Below are positions 49,468 through 61,141 of a DNA stretch of 64,000 bases, one piece after another (positions within the stretch are counted from its first letter, which is position 1; every line of letters begins with the position of its first letter). Position numbers and translations under genes: made by a program. Origin of the DNA: Mobula hypostoma (Eukaryota); contig NC_086097.1 in assembly GCF_963921235.1 (NCBI RefSeq), positions 92,754,001-92,818,000 on the forward strand. The letters run 5' to 3'. Under the pieces are notes generated by a model. It was not told the DNA's origin. It worked only from the letters and a program-made list of their open reading frames with translations, and did not search any database.

Positions 49468-50159
49468 TTTTAAAGATATTCGCTGAACTAGCAGACCACT
49501 GTTCAGTGAATCAGTGATTCCATCCTGTTTGCTTAATGCATGAACCAATAAATACTGTAGCTTGATTTAATCGATCCCAACACATTCAAAACCACAGTGC
49601 CAGCAGTGAAGTGTGTTCAAATTAAAACAGAAAATGCTGGAAATACTCAGTGAGTTGGGCATATTCTGGGGGGAAGGCCTCAAATGGAATTATCAGAATT
49701 TAAGATCCTTTTGGTGAATCCTCCGGTATTCAGTCACAAAAGAACGAATTCCCACTCGGATTTGCAGTAGCACCGACACTGAACCTGAAGCAGAGCCAAG
49801 TGGAAGTGGTGTACGGGGGCTGAGGTCCTATAGGTGGCTGATCCAATACTGAATCATGTGGATGAATGGCCACATTCCGCTTCATCCGAGCCATGGAGGA
49901 ATCGTGGGTCTCCGTTGACAAAACTGGTCCCTTTTAGGATCATTGGTAACCAGCACTTATCAGCAATCCATGTGACAATTAATAAGTAACTAATAACCAT
50001 AGTGGAGACAGACAACTAACTGGACTCTATGCCTATCCAAGTGGTGGATGAGTTCATGTGCCGGGTCCTTTCCCAGCTGTATCCCTTTATGACTCTACCC
50101 CATGTGGGAAATCAATGGTAGCAAGTCCCTAACTTCGACTCCCATCCTGAATAAGTACA

Positions 50160-50932
50160 GTAATGTGCTGGAGGAACTCAGCAGGCCGGGCAGCATCTAG
50201 AAAAAGATCACAGTGGACGTTTCGGGCCGAAGCCCTCTCGCAGGACTGGGGAAAAACGCTGAGGAGTAGATTTGCAAGGTGGGGAGAGGGGAGAGAGAAA
50301 CGCCAGGTGATGGGTGAAACCTGGAGGGGGAGGAATGAAGTAAAGAGCTGGGAAGTTGATTGGTGAAAGAGACAGAAGGCCATGGAAGAAAGAAAAGGGG
50401 GAGGAGCACCAGAGGGAGGCGATGGGCAGGCAAGGAGATAAGGTGAGAGAGGGAAAAGGGGAAGGGGAATGGTGAAGGGTGGGGGGGTCATAACCAAAGT
50501 TTGAGAAATCAATGTTCAAGCTATCAGGTTGAAAGCTACCCAGGTGGAACATAAGGTGTTGTTCCTCCAACCTAAGTGTGGCCTCATCATGATGGTGAAG
50601 GAGGCCATGGATGGATATATAGGAATGGGAAGTGGAATTAAAATGCGCAGTCACTGGGAGATCCTGCTTATTCTGGCAGACAGAGCGTAGATGCTCGGCG
50701 AAGTGGTCTCTCAACCTATGTCGGGTCTCACCGACATACAGGAGGCAACACCAGGAGCACCGAACACAGTAAATGACCCCAACAGACTCACAGGTGAAAT
50801 GTCCTGCCAAAGGGTTTTGGCTCATAACATTGACTGTGCTTTTTCCATAGATGCTGCCTGGCCTGCTGAGTTCCTCCAGCATTTTGTGTGTGTTACTCGG
50901 ATTTCCAGCATCTGCAGATTTTCTCTTGCTGG
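50160..50932. mobile_element. Older Penelope subfamily, inverted arrangement (minus 50160-50800, plus tail 50800-50932)
   Basis: GIY-YIG remnant HFTCESVGVIYCVRC..YVGET in ORF 50208..50882(-); degenerate hammerheads at both ends. Confidence 0.85.
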
Positions 50933-51059
50933 TGAATAAATAGTTCAGGTCTCTAACACTGATCCATTTGGGATTCAGTAAATGACTGGTCCCTCCACAG
51001 TGCCGTCTATGAGGATCAGTTCATCAGTAGTTTCGAACACATTTAAAGGTGAGTTAGTA

Positions 51060-51640
51060 AATAAATCCTAAAAAGTCAGGAGGTCATGTTGCAACTTTAT
51101 AAAACTCTGGATAGGCCACGTCTGGAGTATTGCACACAGTTCTAGTCACCCCACTATAGGATGGATGTTGAGTCTTTGGAGAGGATGTAGAAGAGGTTTA
51201 CCAGGATGCTACCTGGCTTAGAGGGCGTGTGCTATCACGAAAGGCAGGATGTTTTCTCTGGAGGCTGAAGGGAGATCTGATAGAGGCTTATAAGATTACG
51301 AGTGGACTGAGAGTATCTGTTTCCCAGGGTTGAAATGTCTAATACCAGAGGGCATTGAAGGTGAGAGGAGGTAGGTTCAGGGGGGATTTGAGGGGTGAGT
51401 TGTTTAACTCGGGAGTTGTGGGTGCCTGGAATGCACTGTCCGGTACAGTGCTAAAGACATTGGAGGCTTTTAAGAGATGTTTGAATAGGCACATGGACAC
51501 AAGGAAGAAAGAGGGATTTGGATATGGTGTCAGTAGGAGGGAATAGTGTTTGGGTGTGTTTGATTTGCTTTTTAGATGGTTCAGCACAACACTGTGGGCC
51601 GAATGGCCTGTTCCTGTGCTGTACTCTTCTGTAGTCTCTA
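51060..51640 (+). mobile_element. CR1-type LINE 3' end, degenerate
   Basis: RPxLEYCxQFxSP and xLKGDLIEAYKI remnants plus a CR1 tail. Confidence 0.8.
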
Positions 51641-51939
51641 ACAGTGGTTCATTTAAAGACTCTTTAGTAAGTACATCCTAAAATAAGTTCATGTAAGGAT
51701 CAGTTAGTGTTGTTCAGATCAGTTGGATGGCGAAAATGCTAGTAACACAATTGTGAATTGACATTTTCTGTACTGTGGTGTAATAGTTTCTCTATGATTC
51801 ATTCCTCTATCAAATCTCCCCTCATTCTGCAATGCTCCAGGGCATAAATTCCTAACCTTATTCAACTTTTCCCTATAACTCAGGTCCTCAGTCCCAGCAA
51901 AATCCTTGTGAAGTTTCTCCAACTCCTTCAATATTATTG

Positions 51940-52690
51940 ATTATCCTGAGCATCATTTTCCTTCCATTCTCAAAAACTGCTTCCTACAGTCCCACTCCTT
52001 CTGCACTCTTACACTTCTTTTCTTCACTTCTGTCCGGCATCTCCCTCTACACTAACTTCCATCTTCATGCCTCATTCTCTTTGTCCCCTCCCTCTTTTAT
52101 AGTTGCCCCATCTCCCTCTGGTTGTTCCTTCAATGGGGTCCACTTTCTGCTCTAATCTGTCCTCTGTATTCACCTCCCTTATTTCCCCACAGGTTTTTCC
52201 AAGTCTAACTCCCATGTTTCATCCCTTTTCTACGTGCATCTGCCCACCATTTCCTCCATGCTTCATTTGCCTCTTTCTTCTTCTTACTCTGTTCCTCTAC
52301 CCTCTAACTATAACCTTTTTTTCTCACTGTACCTCTATCTGTCCCCTCTACCCTCTGCACTCTCTACTGTACCCTTTCTGCATTCTCTCCCTCCCTTACT
52401 CTATATTCTGTCTTTTTCCTCTGCACTCTCTACCTCTCTTCTCCCTCTGCACTCAATCTCTCTTTCCTTACTGTGGTCTCTACCTTCCCCTTCCTTCCCC
52501 TGCACTCTACTCCTCCCATCCTTCCATTACATTCTCTTCCTCTCCCCTTTAACTACACTCTGTCCCTCCTGACCACTTGTTTTGCGCCCCCTCCCGTTTC
52601 CTCTTCCTCTGTTTGCTCTTATTCCAACCCCTTCCTTTCTGCTCTCTCCCTCCACCTCCTCTGCACTCTCTCCCTCCTCAGGGTCCAGAG
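51940..52690. repeat. Low-complexity polypyrimidine (CT-rich) tract; a similar one at about 55275-55640
   Basis: Strong C/T strand bias with a recurrent ctctgcactct motif. Confidence 0.8.
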
Positions 52691-52702
52691 CAGAAGCCAA
52701 AT

Positions 52703-52900
52703 CAATACACACACAAAATGCTGGAGGAACTCAGCAGGTCAGGCAGCATCTGTGGAAAAGAGTAAATAGTCGACATTTCGGGCCGAAACTCTTCTTCAGG
52801 ACTGAGAAGGAAGGGGGAGGATGCCAGACTGAAAAGGTGTTGGGTCGGGAAAGAGGCTAGCTGGAAGGTGGTAGGTGAAGCCAGCTGGGAGGGAGAAGTC
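52703..52900 (-). mobile_element. PLE-tail short repeat with hammerhead variant (CUGAAGA...GAAAUGUC, about 52768-52805)
   Basis: Same tail family as above; similar degenerate copies at about 19410, 20280, 20725, 21430, 23000, 32860, 43320, 44860, 45120 and 47255. Confidence 0.75.
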
Positions 52901-52929
52901 AAGCCATCTGCCCTCATCTCTGGATAACA

Positions 52930-55270
52930 ACAACTATGTCACACTCTTAATTATTGACAGCTCTGCCTTCAATACCACAACCCCAAACACACTCAGAACC
53001 TCTGAGCCTCAGACTCTGCACCTCCCTTTGCAACTGGGTTCTTGATTTCCTGACCGACAGACCATAGTTAGTAAGGACAGGCAACTACACTCCTCCACAG
53101 TTACTGTCAACACCAGTATCCTGTAAGGCTGCGTCCTTTGCCCCTTACTATACTCCCTGTACACGAACAACTGAGTGACCAGATTCTGCTCAAACTCCAT
53201 TTGTGGGTTTGTATACGACGTCACCAAAGTGGGCCCCATCTCTAACGGCGAGACAGAGTACAGGAAGGAGATACAGAGCTTAGTGTTATAGAAACAACCT
53301 TCCACTCAATGTGAACTAAACGAAAGAGCTGGTCATTGACTTCAGGGAATGGGATGCAGTACACAACCCTATCTGTACAATGGCACTGAGGTGGAGATGG
53401 TTGATTGCTTCAAGTTCCTAGGTGCAAAAATCATCAAGAATTTGTCTTGCTCCAACTGTGTAGACACTATAACCAAAAGTACTACTTAAACCCAACTTTG
53501 TCTTTGACAGCTTCCTCAGAAGACTGAGGAAATCCAGCATGTCCCTGAAGCCTCTAATACCATCATTCCAAATAAACTGATTCCTAAGCTCCGGAACCTA
53601 GGCCTTAGTGCTCAGATTTGCAGCTGGATCTTCAACTTCCCCACAGACAGGACCCAGGCTGTAAAAATAGGGGACAAGCTCTCCTCTACAATCACTCTGA
53701 GCACTGGTGCCCCACAAGGCTGTGTACTCAGCCCCCTGCTGTACTCACTGTACACCCATGATTGTGTAGCCAAGTTTCCATCAAACTCAATACATAAGTT
53801 TGCTGATGACACCACAATTTTAGGCCGTATCTCGGGTAATGATGAATTTAAGTACAGAGAGGAAATTAAGAACCTGGTGGCATGGTGCGAAGACAATAAC
53901 CTATCCCTCAATGTCAGCAAGACGAAAGAATTGGTTGTTGACTTCAGAAGGAGTAGCAGACCACACGACCCCATTTACATCGGTGGTATGCAAGTGGACC
54001 AGGTCAAAAGCTTTAAGTTCCTCGGGGTCAATATCACAAATGACCTGACTTGGTCCAACCAAGCAGAGTCCACTGCCAAGAAGGCCCACCAGCGCCTTTA
54101 CTTCCTGAGGAAGCTAAGGAATTTTGGCCTGTCCCCTAAAACCCTCACTCATTTTTATAGAAGCACTGTAGAAAGCATTCTTCTGGGGTGCATCACAACC
54201 TGGTACGGAAGTTGTCCTGTCCAAGACCGGAAGAAGTCGTGAACACGGCGTAGCACATCACACAAACCAATCTTCCATCCTTGGACTCACTTTACACCGC
54301 ACGCTGTTGGAGCAATGCTGCCAGGATAATCAAGGACACGACCCACCCAGCCAACACACTTTTCGTCCCTCTTCCCTCCAGGAGAAGGCTCAGGAGCTTG
54401 AAGACTTGTACGGCCAGATTTGGGAACAGCTTCTTTCCAACTGTGATAAGACTGCTGAATGGATCCTGACCCGGATCTGGGCCGTACCCTCCAAATATCT
54501 GGACCTGCCTCCGTTTTTTTAGCACTACCTTACTTTCCCTTTTCTATTTTCTATTTATGATTTATAATTTAAATTTTTAATATTTACTATTGATTTGTAC
54601 TCCAGGGAGCACGAAGAGCAGAATCAAATATTGCTGTGATGATTGCACGCTCTAGTATCAATTGTTTAGCGACAATAAAGTATAAAGTATGAAAAAGTAT
54701 GATACTCGCTATCTTTTTACAGCTGTGCCATATGAAGCATCCTTTCTGGGTGCATTACAGCTTGGTGTGGCAAAGGCTCTGTTCAAGGCTGCAGGAAACT
54801 GCAGAGCATTGTGAATGCAGTCCACTCCATCACAGAGACCAACCATCCCCTCTGTCTACTCTTCCCACTGCTTTGGGAAGTCAGCCAACCTCATCAAGGA
54901 CCCTTCTCACCCTGGTCATTCTCTGCTCCCCCTCTTGCTGAGCAGGAGAGACAAAAGGCTCCATTGATTCTGGTGGTATGTGCTTTTAAGCTTTTGTGTC
55001 TTCTGCTCAACAAGTTCCATGCCACTATTATAAAGTTCTTGAATGGACTTTCCATAAAGTAAGGATGAACTCTTGATCTCCCAAACAACCTCATCATGAC
55101 CCTTGCATCTTGTTATCTACCTGCACAGCACTTTCCCTGTAACTATAACATTAAATTCTGCCTTCAGTTTTCTTTTTACTATCTCAATGTAATTAGATAT
55201 GTCTGGATGGCAAAACAAAAGCTTTTCACTCTATCCCTATACGTGTGCCAATAATCAACATATCCAAACT
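52930..55270 (+). mobile_element. Older Rex1/Babar LINE containing a younger Rex1 (53556-54700)
   Basis: Outer decayed RT and 3' end. The inner copy has [18 protein letters not shown] and [11 protein letters not shown] motifs and a (taaagta)n tail. Confidence 0.8.
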
Positions 55271-55699
55271 AAACCTGTCCCTCCCCCTTTCCTCTGCAAT
55301 CTCTAATTCTCCCTCTTCCCACTGCACTCTCACCCTCTCACCCTGCCCCTGCTCTCTTTACCTCTCCCCTGCTCCACCATCCTCTCTCCCTCACCCCCTC
55401 CCGAATCTCCGGTCTCTCCCTCTCCTCTGCACTCTTTCACCCTCCCTCTGCTTTCTTCCTTCCTCTTCTCCCTTTCTCGCTCTCTCTCTCTCTTCTCGCT
55501 TTTCCAGCATTCCATTTTCTTTCCACAATACTTTTTTTTCTCTCATCACTCCTTTTTCTCGCTTCTTTCTAGTCTATCCAGTCAGTCTCTCCCTCCTCCC
55601 TGCCCCAGGTGTTATTTTCCGGCTTTCTCTCCTTCCCTTGTGTACTTCGGAGGCTGAGCCACCTCCAGGTGTGCGTGTGTGTGTGTGTATATATATGTA

Positions 55700-55737
<38 letters not shown>

Positions 55738-57400
55738 GCAGGGGAGGGGGAGGACGAGCTGCGGATGGAGAGCTGAACGCAACCCGGCATCCAGGGAGGT
55801 AAAGCTTGAATGAAAAAGACCCCGGAGCGCCAAGGAAACCTTGGGACTGTCCGCAGACCTGCTGCAAAGGAGACCCCACATTTGACAAGCACCCCTTCAC
55901 CCACCCCCACCCCCCACCCACTCACCAACGAAAAACAACCCCAGCAACATGCAGCTGAACGGCGGCTCCGGGGAGAGCGGTGTCGGTGCGGCAGTCAGCA
56001 AAGGTTTAGCCCGCCAGGGCTGGCCTTGAATCTAGCACAAATGCAGCCGCAGAGGACGTCAACCGTGCCGAGCACAGAAAACGGTGTCCCGGGCCCGGGA
56101 GAGGAGGCATCGGAAGAGGTCCGGGAGGAGGTAAGCCGGCAGTGGCGGCGGGGCGGTGGGCTGGGTGGAGGCGGGCTGGGAAAATAAAAGTTGGAACGGG
56201 CACATTTTGGAAATCATTGAATACAAATAATCCCCAAAGACAGCGAGCCCTGGGGAGTGAAGATGGGCAATAAACCAGCGCATCACAAGTACAGGTGCAT
56301 CCAAAAGCCTGCACAAAGGAAACTCCCATGTTTGACCTGTAATACCCCGTTTCACTGGGGTTCGATTTGTTTTGAGCGGTGACAATCGGTGATTTGTTCT
56401 TTAACATATTGCCGGGATTTGGGTGGATGGCAGATCTCTGCATTTGTACGTGGAATGCAAAAACAGAAGGGGGGGGAGGTTAGAATCAGATTTGATCCTG
56501 GAGAGGGGAGAAAGGAAGCGGCGGGGAGACCTAGAAAGAGGAGAGGCTCCGTGCCAAGGAGTGAGAGGGGCTGAGAGACAGAAAGCAGAGCAAAATACAT
56601 TTAGACACGCACACAAGGGAGACGGAGCGGCGGAGCTGTTTAACAAACAGATTAAACGCATTAACAGATAGAGGCATCACAGTTCAGGAGAGTCGAGGGA
56701 GGAGACGCCAATATCTCTGGGCAAATCGGGGTGCAGGTATAGAGAGCGCGAATCACCCTTCGTGAGGGACTGAACTGGGAGCAGCATGATGAGGGGAGGG
56801 GTGGGGGTATTGGTGGTGGGAGTATCTTGAGATGGGGGTTGTTTAGGGAGAGCCAGTGGAGGAGGGAGGGAGCGGGAAGAGGACAAAAAGCAAGTGAGAG
56901 GAGCGAGACAGTTCCATGCTCTCCGGGTGTCTCCCAGCCCGGAGATCTCGCCCTCCCTTGAAAGGTGAGCTGCCGGCGGCGCCGCAGTCTCCTGCCTCTC
57001 GGGGACACGGGGCGACACCGGCGGGGAGTGCGATGGAGCAAAGGAAGCGGGCTGTGCTTTGCTGGAATTGGCGTGGAACATGAGCGGGTGGTACGAGACG
57101 AGAGCTGGTGAGAGCACCTGGGTGTGCGAGGGAGGGGGAAGCCCAGCTTGGCCCCGCACTGTTCACTGGCTGGGGTGTACTGTACACGGACACCGCAATG
57201 TGCCCCCCGCCGCAGTTTGATGCAGGGGCCTCTCGTGTGAACTAATGGAGCGGCTAATGTACTCGGACTTCTAACTGCTGCCACCAGCTGCTTCCATCAC
57301 GGTGCATCCCGAAGACATTAGCCCGCCGGTGACGCCCGCTTCTGCTGCTCGAGGATATCTGCAAGAGCAAGCAATGAGGTCATCCAGAAATCAGATCACA
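55700..57400 (+). promoter_or_regulatory. CpG island, probable promoter/5' exons of an unidentified divergent gene
   Basis: High GC and CpG content, essentially TE-free; plus-strand donor-like sites gag|gtaaag (55798), gag|gtaagc (56130) and aag|gtgagc (56964); preceded by (GT)n at about 55670-55733. Confidence 0.6.
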
Positions 57401-57589
57401 CGTTTCTGCTCCACGACGCGTTGGAATTTTACCCAAGATTGCGCTGGCTGCATTGGGTTTTATGATGCCGTGAACCCTACCATTGTTTTCCTATACGTAC
57501 CTAGAATTGTATTAACGCACTGGAATGTTTGCCTGCAACTCTGATGGCCCTTCACACCTTTGATCTCTTACCCGGTTTGTACATATTCC

Positions 57590-59350
57590 CTGATCTTTAA
57601 CCCTGTCCCGGAATTGATCTTGTTTCTGATATTTACCTCTGACCCGGGATTCCACTCGTTCCTACTGTTCACCTCTGACCCGGGACTGAACTCGTTCCTG
57701 GTGTTTACTCCTGACCCTGGATTCCACTTGTTCCTGGTGTTGACCCCTGACCCGGGATTCCACTCGTTCCTAGTGTTTACCCCTGACCCTGGATTCCACT
57801 CGTTTCTGGTGTTACCCCTGACCTGGGACTGAATCTGTTTCTGGTGTTGACCCCTGACCCAGGACTGAACCGGTTTCTGGTGTTGACCCCTGACCTGGGA
57901 TTCCACTCGTTCCTGGTGTTTACCCCTGACCCGGGATTCCACTCGTTCCTGGTGTTTACCCCTAACCCAGAATTGAACTCGTTCCTGGTGTTTACCCCTG
58001 ACCTGGTACTGAATTTGTTTCTGGTGTTTACCCCTGACTCAGGACAGAACCTGTTCCTGGTGTTGACCCCTGACCCAGGATTCGACTTGTTCCTGGTGTT
58101 TACCCCCTCACCTGGGATTCCACTCGTTCCTGGTGTTTACCCCTGACCCGGGATTCCACTCGTTCCTGGTGTTTACCCCTGACTCGGGACAGAACCTGTT
58201 CCTGGTGTTGACCCCTGACCCAGGATTCCACTTATTCCTGATGTTTACCCCCTGACCTGGGATTCCACTCGTTCCTGGTGTTTACCCCTGACTCGGGACA
58301 GAACCTGTTCTTGGTGTTGACCCCTGACCCTGGATTCCACTTATTCCTGGTGTTTACCCCCTGACCTGGGATTCCACTCGATCCTGGAGTTTACCCCTGA
58401 CCCGAGATTCCACTTGTTTCTGGTGTTACCCCTGACCTGGGACTGAACTCGTTCCTGGTGTTTACCCCTGACCTGGGACTGAACCTGTTTCTGGTGTTGA
58501 CCCCTGACCCAGGACTGAACCTGTTTCTGGTGTTGACCCCTGACCTGGGATTCCACTCATTCCTGGTGTTTACCCCGACCCGGGATTCCACTCGTTCCTG
58601 GTGTTTACCCCTAACCCAGAATTGAACTCGTTCCTGGTGTTTACCCCTGACCTGGTACTGAACTTGTTTCTGGTGTTTACCCCTGACTGAGGACAGAACC
58701 TGTTCCTGGTGTTGACCCCTGACCCAGGATTCGACTTGTTCCTGGTGTTTACCCCCTCACCTGGGATTCCACTCGTTCCTGGTGTTTACCCCTGACCCGG
58801 GATTCCACTCGTTCCTGGTGTTTACCCCTAACGCAGAATTGAACTCGTTCCTGGTGTTTACCCCTGACTCAGGACAGAACCTGTTCCTGGTGTTGACCCC
58901 TGACCCAGGATTCGACTTGTTGCTGGTGTTTACCCCCTCACCTGGGATTCCACTCGTTCCTGGTGTTTACCCCTGACTTGGGATAGAACCTGTTCCTGGT
59001 GTTGACTCCTGACCCAGGATTCCACTTATTCCTGGTGTTTACCCCCTGACCTGGGATTCCACTCGTTCCTGGTGTTTACCCCTGACTCGGGACAGAACCT
59101 GTTCCTGGTGTTAACTCCTGACCCAGGATTCCACTTATTCCTGGTGTTTACCCCCTGACCTGGGATTCCACTCGTTCCTGGTGTTTACCCCTGACTCGGG
59201 ACAGAACCTGTTCTTGGTGTTGACCCCTGACCCAGGATTCCACTGGTTCCTGGTGTTTACCACTGACCCAGGACTGAACCCGTTCCTTCATGTTCACCCC
59301 TAACCCAGGACTGCACTCAGATCTTGATGTTCAACCCCTGCCAGGGACTT
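57590..59350. repeat. 36-bp minisatellite, about 48 units (consensus cctggtgtttacccctgacccgggattccactcgtt)
   Basis: Direct tandem array with variant units and occasional 1-bp indels. Confidence 0.95.
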
Positions 59351-60957
59351 CCCTCATTCCCATTCCACGTACAACATTCTTCCATACTATTACATACATA
59401 ATAGTCATCTACACCTCCGATTTTATAAATCATCTGGGGATTCTTTCAATTCCATTTAGTTTATTTGATGTTAGAATCCCTGCCAGTCATTTTCACTGTC
59501 TGCAATTTTACCCATTACGCTGACCCTACAAACCAAATGGATTCCATTCCTACACTGGAATTTTTGGGGATTTTATTTGCTTTTTGCAAGTTTATTCCAC
59601 AATTCCCTTCACTAACTAGGACACTACCAGATGCTGGGAACTATATTCACTGTCCTATATTTTATCTAACATCTGGGATTGCACACTGCCCTGTGATTTT
59701 ATTTTACTTCCATTGGTTTATATTTTGTTTGTATATTTTCCATAGTTTAAAGATATGTGATGGGGGCAGGGCAGTCACTCTCCATTGAAAGTTCTCACAG
59801 ATTGTAGTAAACATCCAAAGTATTCTGCTCCAGAGGTCAAGGAGATTGGTCAGTAGACCGATACAAGGTCTTGACGCTCTAGTATCAGACATCCATTTGC
59901 CTCCACAGCTGCTACTTGACCCTCCAAGTCCTCAAGTAATTAGTATTTTGGGTAAGGAACAGACTCTGTTAGATTTTACATTCTGAAATAAGAAATGCCT
60001 GATTTAGTAACCCTGTTGGATAGGGTCCTCAGGGAAGATAAACCTGCATTAAATTTCAAAAATTACTTGGCTGAAAATAAATCCAAGCTGTTCTATCAAA
60101 ACAAAGGATATTATGAGGACAGGTTGGAAATCGCATTAAGACACTACAGCAAAAGGGCAGTGATTCACATTAAAATGATTTTCAGCAAATATACTGTACA
60201 TTCTTTAATGCCATAAAGACACACAAGGAAAAATGGTATATCAATAGATCACAGGACTGTGTTAAATATAAGCAAAAATTTATAAAGTTGCTACAAAAAG
60301 CAGTAGGCTAAGGAGCTGGGTGCATGTTTGACATTAGCAAACGGTGATAAAGAAAGACAAAATAGAATATACTATTATGTACAAATTTACATTTTCCCAT
60401 TTTATTCTCTGTTTTTGCCAGATCTTTGCCTTCGCATTTAACCTATCTATATCCCTTAGATGCTTCCTTATATCCTCATCACAAATTATTTCCCTACCTG
60501 ATTTTGTGTTATCACCAGGCTTAACAACCATACCTTTCATCCCTTCATCCATGTCTTTTAGATAATATGTAAACATGTTGGAGACCTCAGCACAGTAAAT
60601 ATATTTAAGACAAGGTTGGATTGATTTTTGCTTAATAGGGGAATTAAGGGTTGGGGGAAAAGGCTAGTAGGTGGAGATGAGTCCATGGCCAGATCAGCCA
60701 AGATCTTACTGAATGCGGAGCAGGCTCGATGGGTCTGATGGCCAACTCCTGCTCCTATTTCCTATGCTCTTATGTTCTCCTATCCCTGTGGCATGCTACT
60801 TGTCACATCCTGCCAACTACAGAAAGACATCACTTGTGACTATCATGTTTCCCGTTAGTCAGCTGGTCTTCAACAATATGTTACCTCATCTACCACCAGA
60901 TTTCATTTTGACTATAGTTTTCGACGTGGACCTTAACAAAAGCCTTGTGGAAGTCTA

Positions 60958-61141
60958 ACAATATTCATTGGTCTTCTCTATCCAGAGTACACGTCTCTTC
61001 ATTGCATTGGTCAAGCACAATTTTCCTTGCACAAAACCATGCTGACTTTACAATATTCATTGGTCTTCTCTATCCAGAGTACACGTCTCTTCATTGCATT
61101 GGTCAAGCACAATTTTCCTTGCACAAAACCATGCTGACTTT
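60958..61141. repeat. Perfect 92-bp tandem duplication within a CR1 remnant
   Basis: 60958-61049 is identical to 61050-61141. Confidence 0.9.

Noticed and set aside
49690..50150. Unique-looking stretch with ORF 49730..49921(-) containing RMKR (furin-like, env?)
   Set aside because: Short, with stops in all frames nearby and no fusion peptide or other retroviral motifs; left unassigned.
51937..52769. Several 70-150 aa Leu/Ser/Pro/Phe-rich ORFs (also 55245..55802)
   Set aside because: By-products of polypyrimidine low-complexity sequence that lacks stop codons.
56661..57284. 207-aa and overlapping minus-strand ORFs in the CpG island
   Set aside because: Stop-poor GC-rich DNA with no recognisable domain, and multiple overlapping frames are equally open.
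57590..59350. CRISPR-like look (36-bp period, constant plus variable parts) and LVFTPDPGFHSF-repeat ORFs
   Set aside because: The variable parts are short and recurrent rather than unique spacers, there are no cas genes and the context is eukaryotic. Frequent 1-bp indels break the frames, so this is a non-coding minisatellite.
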